Source: Salisaeta longa DSM 21114 | Lineage (GTDB): Bacteria; Bacteroidota; Rhodothermia; Rhodothermales; Salinibacteraceae | Assembly (NCBI RefSeq): GCF_000419585.1 | Contig: NZ_ATTH01000002.1 | Coordinates: 95,873 to 127,872, forward strand | Length of the DNA: 32,000 nt | Reading direction: 5' to 3' | Shown here: positions 1 through 8,268 of the stretch, in pieces | Numbering within the stretch: position 1 is the stretch's first letter | Layout: each line of letters opens with the position of its first letter | The notes under the pieces: model-generated | Seen by the model: only the letters and a program-made list of their open reading frames with translations | What the model was told of the DNA's origin: nothing | The model's database searches: none | Translations under genes and position numbers: made by a program

Positions 1-406
1 CATCCTCAGCGGAAGAATCTACCGACGCCCGCGGAAAATCCATCCAGAGGGCAGGCCCATCGGAGCCCGTGGCGCGCCACGTGTGCAATGCGCCGCTCGC
101 GGTGTGAAACGTAATAGACACGTTTGGGTCCACCGCGCCGGTGTGCCACAGCACAGTTGCCGCCGCGAGCGTGGCGTGCCCGCACAGGTCCACCTCGTCC
201 GTGGGCGTGAACCATCGCAGGGCAAAAGCCGCCGTGGCATCCGCTGCATCGGTGTACGGATGCACAAACGCCGTTTCTGAGAGGTTCATTTCGGCAGCAA
301 ACGCCTGCATCCAGTGCGCGGGCGCCGCGCCCGGAAGCACGCAAACGGCCGCCGGATTTCCGCTAAAGGGCGCATCGGCAAAGGCATCCACATGATAACA
401 CGTCAT
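1..406 (-). CDS. PhzF-family isomerase-like protein (N-terminal ~135 aa; 3' end lies beyond the window start)
   Basis: Absent from the ORF track because it runs off the window. Manual translation of the minus strand from the ATG at 406..404 gives MTCYHVDAFADAPFSGNPAAVCVLPGAAPAHWMQAFAAEMNLSETAFVHP...ALRWFTPTDEVDLCGHATLAAATVLWH. This matches the PhzF/YddE N-terminal signature (VDAF..PF.GNPAAV, EMNLSETAF, RWFTP..EV.LCGHATL). Confidence 0.8.
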   Translation of the reverse strand, partial: MTCYHVDAFADAPFSGNPAAVCVLPGAAPAHWMQAFAAEMNLSETAFVHPYTDAADATAAFALRWFTPTDEVDLCGHATLAAATVLWHTGAVDPNVSITFHTASGALHTWRATGSDGPALWMDFPRASVDSSAED

Positions 407-510
407 AGAACAGCTTGTGAAGCGAGGAATAAGGTTGTGGGGATAAAGGATGGCCCGGATGTTGCTATTTTGCAACGTGACTCTCATATTATCCGAAAGA
501 TGGGAGATTG

Positions 511-1317
511 ATGCGCCGAAGTGCGTACTCCCTCATGCTCCCCGGCAAGTGTGTATTTCCTCACCATTCGTTTATGACTACAGCGTCACAGGCCAAAAGC
601 TCGCGCCCCCTCGAACGTTTCGTACAATCGGTTCGCCGCCGCGCCATCGCGCATGACGTACCGGCTGCGCGCGCCAAAATTTACGGCGCGTGGGCCGCGT
701 GCTACTATCGGTATTGCTTGCTCAAGGACAAATCGTGGAAGTCGCCGGAGCACGTTCCGGGATTTCTCGACTACCTGCAAGCCCAGCAGCAAGTCGACAC
801 GTCGCCGGGGTCGAAGGCAGTCCGGTCAGTAATTTTCCTGTTTGAAGAAATTCTCGATACGCCGGTGGCCGATGAGCCGTGGGCGCGCGAGGACACGGCC
901 CAAGCGCCGGCCGCGGCGCCAACGGCGGCCGACAAAGCGGCCTCCGAGAAGGAGCAGAGCACACTTCTTACCAAGGTGCTGTTTCATACGTCGCTCACCA
1001 TCCGTGAGGCGCTTGATCTGTGCGCCGGCGACCTGGACTTCGACGCGGGCATCATCTACGTGAGCGACCAGTTTGGCACGCCGAAGCGCCTCGAAGAAAT
1101 GCCCGCGGTGCTCAAGCAGCCGCTGCAGGCGCAGGTGGCAGAAATTGAGGAAGAGCACGGGCTCATGTCAGCCAACATCCGGCTCTTTCAGGCCAATGCG
1201 CTGGAAGGCAACGTCGACGAACAGCCGTCGTGGGCGTCGGACGAAGAGCCGGTGCAAGAAGCGGCCGTCGAGGAAGAGACCGAAGAGGGCCGCTCGCTCT
1301 GGCAGTACGCCGAGTAG
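511..1317 (+). CDS. Truncated tyrosine-recombinase-like protein (integron-integrase-type N-terminal SAM-like domain, no catalytic C-terminal half, acidic tail)
   Basis: Track ORF 508..1317; the ATG at 511 is preceded by GGGAG (502-506), and an alternative ATG lies at 574. LERFVQSVRRRAI...YGAWAACYYRYCLL...FLDYLQAQQQVDTSPGSKAVRSVIFLFEEIL resembles the core-binding (SAM-like) domain of IntI-type recombinases. LLTKVLFHTSLTIREALDLCAGDLDFDAGIIYV resembles the first catalytic segment with the box-I Arg. The ORF then ends in a Glu/Asp-rich tail with no HxxR or Tyr motifs. Confidence 0.55.
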   Translation: MRRSAYSLMLPGKCVFPHHSFMTTASQAKSSRPLERFVQSVRRRAIAHDVPAARAKIYGAWAACYYRYCLLKDKSWKSPEHVPGFLDYLQAQQQVDTSPGSKAVRSVIFLFEEILDTPVADEPWAREDTAQAPAAAPTAADKAASEKEQSTLLTKVLFHTSLTIREALDLCAGDLDFDAGIIYVSDQFGTPKRLEEMPAVLKQPLQAQVAEIEEEHGLMSANIRLFQANALEGNVDEQPSWASDEEPVQEAAVEEETEEGRSLWQYAE

Positions 1318-1424
1318 TCGCGCCGCGCAATCACGCCGCGCAGGTTCTATATTGGCACGTAGCAGAACGCGAGGACGCAGCCACGCACGGCGGCGTCCTC
1401 GTTGCATGTAAGGGCGCTGTGCCC

Positions 1425-2213
1425 TCACGTAGCGGAGAGGGCATCGAGCTGATCAACCACGCGCTGGGTGAAGAGGGCCACCAGCCGGCGCCGCACCTCG
1501 CGCTGATGCGCCAGGTAGAAGGCGTACTCGTCTTCGGTAAAGTGGCCGGCCACGAGGCCCACAAGCGAGCGCTTGAGGCGGCGGTCTTCCTTGAGCAGGT
1601 TGCGCACCTTGGCCTCCTGATCGGCGCGGTCCATCTGCGAAAAGCCGGTGTTGTACTTCTGCAGGTAGCGGCTTACGGTCGTCAGAAGGAGGGGGTTTTG
1701 GAGCTTGCAGAGGGGCCGCAGCGTGCGGCTCTGAAACCGCTCCATGGGCTGCTGGTCGCGGGTGTCGACGGGTACATCCGGACGAATCTGCTGCAGGCTC
1801 GCGTCGCGGTTCATGGCGCCCCACAGGGTGGGCGTGGCCAGCTCGACGCTGTTGCCGGCCGGGTCGCGCAGGTATAGCGAGTGGCCGCCGTGGGGCCATG
1901 TCTTTTCTTGCTCGATGGGTACGTCCTGCTGGTTCAGGCGGGCGCGCCACGCGTCGAGCGCGTGGGTTGGAACGGCAAAGGCCACGTGGCCCGCGCCGGT
2001 CGTTCCGTGCGGCGGCACGGCGCCATCGGCTGCGGCGGCCGCGTGGTCAAACACGTGCACGATGCCCGTGCCGCACCGAAACGACACGAGCCGCGGGCGT
2101 TCGTCGAGCGCCACGGGGAGCTGCAGCACCGTCTCGTAGAACGCGGCCGTCGCGTCGACCGCATCGGCATATAGGCTGGTTTCGAGCACGCCGTGAAGCG
2201 ATGGAGCAGGCAT
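1425..2213 (-). CDS. VOC (glyoxalase/bleomycin-resistance/dioxygenase) family domain fused to a ~130-aa C-terminal domain I do not recognise
   Basis: 262-aa ORF. The N-terminal ~130 aa (LETSLYADAVDATAAFYETVLQLP...GAGHVAFAV...GGHSLYLRDPAGNSVELATP) fit the VOC fold pattern. The C-terminal half (MERFQSRTLRPLCKLQNPLLL...DEYAFYLAHQREVRRRLVALF) matches no family I recognise. Confidence 0.7.
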   Translation of the reverse strand: MPAPSLHGVLETSLYADAVDATAAFYETVLQLPVALDERPRLVSFRCGTGIVHVFDHAAAAADGAVPPHGTTGAGHVAFAVPTHALDAWRARLNQQDVPIEQEKTWPHGGHSLYLRDPAGNSVELATPTLWGAMNRDASLQQIRPDVPVDTRDQQPMERFQSRTLRPLCKLQNPLLLTTVSRYLQKYNTGFSQMDRADQEAKVRNLLKEDRRLKRSLVGLVAGHFTEDEYAFYLAHQREVRRRLVALFTQRVVDQLDALSAT

Positions 2214-2268
2214 GGGCAGGAGGGGCCCGTAGGAGAGAAATTGCGTGGTAGGCGGCCGCGTGCAGCGC

Positions 2269-2604
2269 TCAGTCGCCGTCGGTAAACTTGTCGAGGCGCA
2301 CCACCGACGTATCGGAGACGAACATCACGCCCGAGCTCTTCTCGAACAGGGGCGTAAGGCCGCTTACAATGCGGCGGATGGTGCCCTCGCGGCCGACGGC
2401 GAAGAACATGACCAGCGAGGAGCGGTCGTTGAAGAGCAGCTGTCCTTCGTGGAAGCCGTGCGCGCCGCGGCCTACGATGTCGCGGTGGATGGTGTAGCCG
2501 CTCACGCCGGCGTCGTCGAACAGGTTGCGCACGTACATCTCTTTCTCGCCGTGCACGATGATTTCGATTTTCTTAAGCGGATGGAGCGTATGCTCGGGGG
2601 GCAT
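2269..2604 (-). CDS. P-II-like (GlnB-fold) small protein, last gene of the DAB cluster
   Basis: Track ORF 2269..2712 trimmed to the internal ATG at 2604 because the upstream part overlaps the dabA 3' end. The 111-aa product MPPEHTLHPLKKIEIIVHGEKEMYVRNLFDDAGVSGYTIHRDIVGRGAHGFHEGQLLFNDRSSLVMFFAVGREG...GVMFVSDTSVVRLDKF has the P-II beta-alpha-beta layout, with a T-loop-like GRGAHGFHEG segment. Confidence 0.7.
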   Translation of the reverse strand: MPPEHTLHPLKKIEIIVHGEKEMYVRNLFDDAGVSGYTIHRDIVGRGAHGFHEGQLLFNDRSSLVMFFAVGREGTIRRIVSGLTPLFEKSSGVMFVSDTSVVRLDKFTDGD

Positions 2605-2635
2605 GGGCAGGAAGGAGCGTTGAGGCGGTTGCGGG

Positions 2636-5008
2636 TTATGCGGAAGGTGCCGGAGCGGGCGCGGCCCTCGGGTGCCAGGTGCCGCCCGGCTGGTATTCGT
2701 GCACCGTGGCATCGGACGGATCTACCACCGCCAACGACATCCAGCGGTGGTCAAGCAATCGTTTCAACTCGTACTGCTGGTTCAGGATCGCCTCCACGCG
2801 ATCACGCGGCGCATGCACGAGCGCCCACAGGCGCAGCGGGGCGTGGTGTGCCATGGTATCGGAGGCATAGAGGGATTGCAACGGCAGGCCGCTCATGAGG
2901 TCGCCGCCATTGCCCTGGATGAGCCCAAAGCGGCCCGTGACGTTCTGGGTGATCTTCGATCCGCTGCCGTAAGCGGCGTTGTCGATGGTGGAAAAGTAGT
3001 ACTGCATGTTGATCCACTCGCCGACCACCAGGGGGCCGGTCATGATGGTTTCGAGGGCGGTGCCGTCGGGGTCGGTCTGCCAGTTGTAGGAGTGCAGGAA
3101 GACGCGCCCGTCGAGGGATGTATCTTGGCTGAGGGCGCGGGGCCCAATGATGAAGGCGTAGTTGCCGGCGAGCCCCCACTCGGGGCGCGTCTCGGCCCAG
3201 TCGTGGGCGCGGCGGCGCGCATCGTCGCGTCCGGTTGCAGGACCGCCGCCGGGCAGCGTGGCGGCGCGCTCGGCCGCGGCCTTCGACTGCGCAGCAGACA
3301 GGTCGTCGCGCAGCCGGTTGAGGGCCTCGGGCGCGACGCGGTCGGTGGCGTCGTCGTACAGCGTGACGGCGTCGGTGGTGGTGTTGTGCTCGGCTGCAAG
3401 AAACACGGTATCCTCAGGAATTGCAATTCCGCGTTCGCGGAGGGCGTCGCGCACGGCAGGGGTGTTGCAGAGGGCGGCGAGCACGCGGGCGTTGGGACCG
3501 CCGGGGGCACCGGCGCACGCGCCACAGTCGAGGCTGGCTTTGTATGGGTTGTTCGGTGTTTGGGCGCCGTGGCCGGTAAACACGACGACGGGCGCAAAGC
3601 GATCCGTCCAGCCCATCAGGCGGAAGGCGGCCTCGGCGTACAGCACCTGCGCATCGTGTGTAAGGCCGTACGGAAGGCCATTGTCGCGGTCGGGGTCGCG
3701 GGCTACCGCGGGCGCCGCGACGTCGGAGGCCGCGGGTACCCACCGGCGCAGGCGGTCGCGCCAGGCGGCCAGGCCCAGTGGAGCGAGCGTACGGCCGGCC
3801 AGCGCCCCGCCGAAGAAGCCGCCGCTGCCCTCCACAAACCCGAAGGCCGCGGCGACGTCGTGCTTGAGGGTCTTCAGGAGCGACGTGCCCGTGGCGCGCC
3901 AGGCGTCCGCACGGGCGTAGCGGTCGGCGGCCGCGTGGGCCTCGGGGCGCGGATCTTCGGCGATGCGGTGGCGCGGATCGACGATGGGCGGGCACGCCTT
4001 GTGCGGATGCGCTTCGTCGTGCGTCTGCAGCGCGATGGGCAGGCCAAAGAAGCCAGCGTAGCCGTGCGTCTCGTACGCGCCGGTGTGCTCAATGTGGCGC
4101 CGGATGATTTCCGAGCGGACGTCGATGCAGAAGACGAGCTGCGCGTCGGGGCGTTCGGCGGGCGCGTTGGTGGCCGATGGGTCGAGGCGATCCAGGAGCC
4201 GCCGGCGCGCGCTCTCCTCCCAGGCGGCGAGCCAGCACTGCGCGAGGGCCGCGTGCTCCGACGCGTCGGGTGCCGCGGCGTCATCGGGCGGAGTGATGGG
4301 ACGATCCAGAAGCGTCGCGGCGGTCAGGCGCACCGCGAGGTAGTCGATCAGGGTGAGCGGGGCCTCAGACTGCCAGTCGTGCGCCTCGGCCTGCATCCGC
4401 CAGCGGATGTGGCCCGTCCAGCCCGGCAGGGCGGCCAGGTGATGGGTGAACAGGCGCTCCCAGGTGGGCTCGGGATGATCCGCCAGCACGGCGCGGAGGG
4501 CATCCCACGACGTCTCCGGCAGATCCATCGCATCGCGCACCGTGGGCAGGGCGCGCTCGTGCGGGGCGAGGGCGCGCCAGGCGGCGTAAAAGCCATCGCC
4601 GCGCTCCGGCATGGGCCACGTGGCCTGGCCCCGATCGGCAAAGGCCGCAAGCCACTCCGTCAGCAGCTGGTTCAGCGTCTCGTCGGGCGGGGGCGCCGGA
4701 GCAGGGGCGCGGTCCATCTGATCGAGCAGGGCCTCGGGCGTGGCCGCGAAGCCGGCGTCGGACAGGCGTTGCGTGAGGATGTCGGGCTCGATGGCGCCTT
4801 CGGCCCAGGCCGTGCGGAAGCAGTCGGCGGCGGGATAGGCGCGGCCGCCGAAGAGGCGCTGGCCGGTACGGACCGCCTCCGCAAAGGGCTGATCCTCCAA
4901 CCCCGACAAGGGATTCGACGAGTTGAAGAGGGGCAGCGGCCAGAGCGGACCGATCGCCGCGGCGGCATTCTCGATGCGCGCGCGCAGAACGGTGCGTTCA
5001 ATGGGCAT
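2636..5008 (-). CDS. dabA: DabA (DUF2309 family), carbonic-anhydrase-like subunit of the DAB inorganic-carbon pump
   Basis: Track ORF 2636..5128 trimmed to the ATG at 5008 (MPIERTVLRARIENAAAAIGPLWPL...), giving 790 aa. It carries the conserved FCIDVRSE motif (4110-4133, Cys-x-Asp) and GHGAQTPNNPYKASLDCGACAG (the LDCGACAG part is at 3509-3532). The His-to-Cys spacing of 15 matches the C351/D353/H524/C539 pattern described for Halothiobacillus DabA2. Confidence 0.85.
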   Translation of the reverse strand: MPIERTVLRARIENAAAAIGPLWPLPLFNSSNPLSGLEDQPFAEAVRTGQRLFGGRAYPAADCFRTAWAEGAIEPDILTQRLSDAGFAATPEALLDQMDRAPAPAPPPDETLNQLLTEWLAAFADRGQATWPMPERGDGFYAAWRALAPHERALPTVRDAMDLPETSWDALRAVLADHPEPTWERLFTHHLAALPGWTGHIRWRMQAEAHDWQSEAPLTLIDYLAVRLTAATLLDRPITPPDDAAAPDASEHAALAQCWLAAWEESARRRLLDRLDPSATNAPAERPDAQLVFCIDVRSEIIRRHIEHTGAYETHGYAGFFGLPIALQTHDEAHPHKACPPIVDPRHRIAEDPRPEAHAAADRYARADAWRATGTSLLKTLKHDVAAAFGFVEGSGGFFGGALAGRTLAPLGLAAWRDRLRRWVPAASDVAAPAVARDPDRDNGLPYGLTHDAQVLYAEAAFRLMGWTDRFAPVVVFTGHGAQTPNNPYKASLDCGACAGAPGGPNARVLAALCNTPAVRDALRERGIAIPEDTVFLAAEHNTTTDAVTLYDDATDRVAPEALNRLRDDLSAAQSKAAAERAATLPGGGPATGRDDARRRAHDWAETRPEWGLAGNYAFIIGPRALSQDTSLDGRVFLHSYNWQTDPDGTALETIMTGPLVVGEWINMQYYFSTIDNAAYGSGSKITQNVTGRFGLIQGNGGDLMSGLPLQSLYASDTMAHHAPLRLWALVHAPRDRVEAILNQQYELKRLLDHRWMSLAVVDPSDATVHEYQPGGTWHPRAAPAPAPSA

Positions 5009-6404
5009 GATAGTCGGGGCGATGGGTGAGGAGCGTGGCGGGGTGGGGGCGTGAGGTGCTGCGCAGCAGGGCGTAGAGGCGGAGGCTGTTGCGGTGCCGG
5101 CCGCTCTGCTGCACGACGTAGGCGCCAATGAACAGCGCGAGCAGCACGCCGTGCGCGGCGTTCAGCGGTTGGGCGTGCAGCGGGCCGTGGCCGATGAGCG
5201 CGCTGACGCCGTTGTAGATGGCGGCGTAGAGCGCCACGCCGCCGGCCATGCCCAGGGGCAGCCCCACCAGCCGCGCGGCCCGCGAGAGCGCCTGCGTTTG
5301 GGCGAGGGTGCGCACCGCTTGCAATACCGTGAGCGCCACAAAGCACGCGAGCACCGCGCCGGTGGTGGGCGCAAGCAGCGACTTGCCCGTTAGGGCCGCA
5401 AACAGCACCGCGCCGCCCACAGCGCTGAGTCCGGTAACGATCCATCCGAGAGGCGTTGGGCGGGTCGCGGGCGCCGCGGCGCCGCCCTGCACCGCTTCCC
5501 CAACCGAAAGAAACAGGTACGCCTTGTAGAAGCCGTGCAGCATGAGGTGGGCCAGCGCAGCGGGCACAAAGCCCAGGCCCACCTGCAGCACCATGAAGCC
5601 CATCTGCGCGGTGGTGGAGCAGGCGAGCTGGCGCTTGACGTCGGTTTGGACGAGCATCCAGGCTTGCCCAAGGAGCGCGCTGAGGCCGCCCAGCACCACC
5701 AGGACGGTGAGGAGCGACGCGTGGGGCGCGAGCAGCGGAGCGAAGCGCGCGAGCAGCACACCGCCTGCATTGACGATGCCCGCGTGCATCAGGGCGGAGA
5801 CCGGGGTGGGGGCCGTCATGGAGGACAGCAACCACCGTTGCGCCGGCACCAGGGCCGACTGGATCACCGCAGCGCCCGCGACCAATCCGCCGATGGCGAG
5901 GGGCCAGGCGGTGGGGAGATCCGATGCGGCCGCCAAGGCCGCGGAAACGACGACGTGCCCGGTGCCCAGCGCAAGCAGCGCAAGGGCTGCGGCCAAGAGC
6001 GCGCTGCCGAGGAGGAGCGCGCGCCGGGTGTAGCGTGCCGCGGCCTGGGCCTGTGGCCAGTCCTTCAGGTGGCCGATGAGATCCGCTAGCACCCAGCCCA
6101 TGCCCGTCCACGCCGCCCACAGCAGCACCGCGTGGTTGGCCGCCGCCACGAGCAGCGCGAGGGCAGTGAGCGCAAAGAGCCGTCCGAAGAACGCATTGAT
6201 GCGCTGCTGTCCTTGCATGTAGCGCAGCGCAAAGCTATGCACAATGCCGCTCACGAAGGTCACGACGCCCCCCATAAAGACGGTGAGGCCATCGAAGCGA
6301 ACGAAGGGCGACGTCCACGGCGCGCCGTAGAAGGCATACCCCAGAATGGCGAGCGTGCTCAGGGCAAACAGCGCCCAGACCATTCGTGTCAACAGACGTG
6401 GCAT
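4998..6404 (-). CDS. dabB: DabB (NuoL/MrpA-like proton-conducting membrane subunit, PF00361 type)
   Basis: Track ORF 4998..6641 trimmed to the ATG at 6404 (MPRLLTRMVWALFALSTLAILGYAF...; alternative ATG at 6383), because the longer form overlaps the icd 3' end. It is a polytopic membrane protein with the NuoL-like motif TAPTPVSALMHAGIVNAGGVLL. Its stop (4998-5000) overlaps the dabA start (5006-5008) in ATGCCCATTGA. Confidence 0.85.
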   Translation of the reverse strand: MPRLLTRMVWALFALSTLAILGYAFYGAPWTSPFVRFDGLTVFMGGVVTFVSGIVHSFALRYMQGQQRINAFFGRLFALTALALLVAAANHAVLLWAAWTGMGWVLADLIGHLKDWPQAQAAARYTRRALLLGSALLAAALALLALGTGHVVVSAALAAASDLPTAWPLAIGGLVAGAAVIQSALVPAQRWLLSSMTAPTPVSALMHAGIVNAGGVLLARFAPLLAPHASLLTVLVVLGGLSALLGQAWMLVQTDVKRQLACSTTAQMGFMVLQVGLGFVPAALAHLMLHGFYKAYLFLSVGEAVQGGAAAPATRPTPLGWIVTGLSAVGGAVLFAALTGKSLLAPTTGAVLACFVALTVLQAVRTLAQTQALSRAARLVGLPLGMAGGVALYAAIYNGVSALIGHGPLHAQPLNAAHGVLLALFIGAYVVQQSGRHRNSLRLYALLRSTSRPHPATLLTHRPDYHAH

Positions 6405-6504
6405 ACAGAAGAGCAATTGGTGCGAAAACAATCGAATGTGCGCAAGGCGTGGGGCAGGGGCAAACCCTGTGCCGAGGCCCGCCCCCGCCGGCACGGTACA
6501 ACGG

Positions 6505-7995
6505 TCACTCGCCCTGCCCCAGCGAGTAGGCGCGGCGTCCGTCGAACGTGTACAGGTGCTCCGTCTTAATGACGTCCCAGCCGGCGTTGTGCAAAGCCCC
6601 AAGAAGGTCGAGGATGCGGGCAAAGTCAATAGCCTCGGCATCGGCCGGGAGAAAGCGGCAGCGCCAGTGATCCGTCCAGAACGTCTCCGGGAGGCCGTCG
6701 GGGTACACCTTCACGCCGCGATTGGTGATCATCTTGAGGCCCCAGTTCACCGTCGCGGCGGCCTCCTCCAGCCCGTGGCCAATCACGTCCGGATCGCGCC
6801 CGTCGTCGTCCCAGTCGATGAACACATCAACGCCGCGCAGGACTTTCTCTTGCGCCGGCGTGGGCGCGGGCTCCACGTGGATTCCGCCCGAGCGGTAGCG
6901 CACCGGCTTCAGCGTATCGGGTTCGGCCCCCAGCCGCGCGATGACGGCGTCGGTAAACGCCTCGGTGCCCACCTCGCGGTGGCTCGTTTCCGCCTGGTAG
7001 ATGTCGGCCGTGTGGATTCCATCTTCGAGCGTCTTCAGCCACGCGTTTTTGATGGTCTGCGCCACGTCGGCCGCGCCCAGGTGCACCAGCATCTGCGTCG
7101 CCCCCACGAGCAGCCCCGACGGGTTGGCAATGCCGCGCCCGGCAATATCGGGCGCCGAGCCGTGCACCGCCTCAAACATGGCCACATCCGTCCCGATGTT
7201 GGCCGAGCCGGCGAGTCCCACCGAGCCTGCAATCTGGGCCGTAATGTCGGAGAGGATGTCGCCGTAGAGGTTGAGCGTCACGATCACGTCGAACTGCTCG
7301 GGCTGCGCCGCCACCCGCGCCGCCCCGATGTCGATGATGAGCTGATCGCTCTCGATGTCGGGGTACTCGGCGGCCACTTCATCAAAGACCTCGTGGAAGA
7401 GGCCATCGGTGTGCTTCATGATGTTGTCTTTCGTCATGCACGTCACCTTCTCACGGCCGTAGGCCCGCGCATACTCGAACGCATAGCGGATGATGCGCTC
7501 GGAGCCGGGGCGCGTGATGAGCTTCAGGATCTGCGCCACCTCCCGCGTCTGCTGATGCTCGATGCCCGCGTAGAGGTCCTCCTCGTTCTCGCGGATCACC
7601 ACCACGTTCATGTCCGGGTGGTTCGAGTCGACAAACGGCGCGTAGGCCTTCGCCTGGCGCACGTTGGCAAACAGGCTGAGGGCTTTGCGCAGCGTCACGT
7701 TCAGGCTCTTGTAGCCGCCGCCCTGCGGCGTGGTGATGGGGCCTTTCAGCAGAACTTTGTTGTTGCGGATCGTCGTCCACGCGTCCTCGGGAATGCCGGA
7801 GGTGATGCCGCGTTCGTACGCCGCCTTGCCGATGTGAACGACGTCGTACTGCAGGGGTGCATCGGCCGCGTCGAGGATGCGCAGCACCGCCTCGGTAATC
7901 TCCGGCCCGATGCCGTCGCCATATGCGACCGCGATGGGAGTGGGCGTATCGAGGGTGGGCGCGGGGGCCGTGGATGGATCAGCAGCTGTAGGCAT
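6505..7995 (-). CDS. icd: NADP-dependent isocitrate dehydrogenase, long (~496 aa) form with a C-terminal extension
   Basis: 496-aa ORF. It has IDH/IPMDH family motifs (IAVAYGDGIGPEI, VVIRENEEDLYAGIEH, NLYGDILSD, FEAVHGSAPDIAG), followed by a ~140-aa extra C-terminal domain as in the Thermus/Bacteroidota-type long IDHs. Confidence 0.9.
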   Translation of the reverse strand: MPTAADPSTAPAPTLDTPTPIAVAYGDGIGPEITEAVLRILDAADAPLQYDVVHIGKAAYERGITSGIPEDAWTTIRNNKVLLKGPITTPQGGGYKSLNVTLRKALSLFANVRQAKAYAPFVDSNHPDMNVVVIRENEEDLYAGIEHQQTREVAQILKLITRPGSERIIRYAFEYARAYGREKVTCMTKDNIMKHTDGLFHEVFDEVAAEYPDIESDQLIIDIGAARVAAQPEQFDVIVTLNLYGDILSDITAQIAGSVGLAGSANIGTDVAMFEAVHGSAPDIAGRGIANPSGLLVGATQMLVHLGAADVAQTIKNAWLKTLEDGIHTADIYQAETSHREVGTEAFTDAVIARLGAEPDTLKPVRYRSGGIHVEPAPTPAQEKVLRGVDVFIDWDDDGRDPDVIGHGLEEAAATVNWGLKMITNRGVKVYPDGLPETFWTDHWRCRFLPADAEAIDFARILDLLGALHNAGWDVIKTEHLYTFDGRRAYSLGQGE

Positions 7996-8030
7996 ATCGA
8001 AGAAGGAAGCTTAAGTGAAGGAGGCATACG

Positions 8031-8077
8031 AAAAAAGCCGACACGCAACCCCTGCACACGGAGGTCGGATGTCGGCT
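8031..8077 (-). terminator. Rho-independent-terminator-like hairpin on the minus strand
   Basis: The minus-strand RNA would read AGCCGACA-(26 nt)-UGUCGGCU followed by UUUUUU. Stem arms are at 8070-8077 and 8036-8043, and the T-tract is the complement of 8031-8036. It lies ~190 nt downstream of the DUF2294 stop and only ~36 nt upstream of the icd ATG. The loop is large, so confidence is moderate. Confidence 0.4.
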
Positions 8078-8268
8078 ATCAATCGTTGCACCTGCTTCGC
8101 GAAGCGGAGCCTGTGCGCGGCTTGGGCCAGATATATGTGGAGCGATGCGCGCGCGGCTTGCCGGGGGCCTTCCGCCCACACATCGGGAGCCATGGTACAA
8201 GCGCCGGGCGGTGGATGCAAGCCGCAGCGGCAGGCTCACGGCATTTTCACGCGTCACCGGGCGCGGAG

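Noticed and set aside
461-476. Small inverted repeat GTTGC-TATTTT-GCAAC in the PhzF / integrase-like divergent region.
   Set aside because: 5-bp arms are too short to distinguish from chance, and there is no associated regulator.
2672-5029. Very long alternative-frame or antisense ORFs in the track: 2672..5029 + (785 aa), 6346..9093 + (915 aa), 4672..6120 - (482 aa), 15393..16676 - (427 aa), 16516..17793 - (425 aa), 1453..1950 -, 18122..19039 + and many 60-250 aa ones.
   Set aside because: Their products are Arg/Ala/Gly/Pro/His-rich, low-complexity and strongly basic. They overlap genes with clear family motifs on the other strand or frame. Long stop-free frames are expected in high-GC DNA. 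None shows a recognisable motif.
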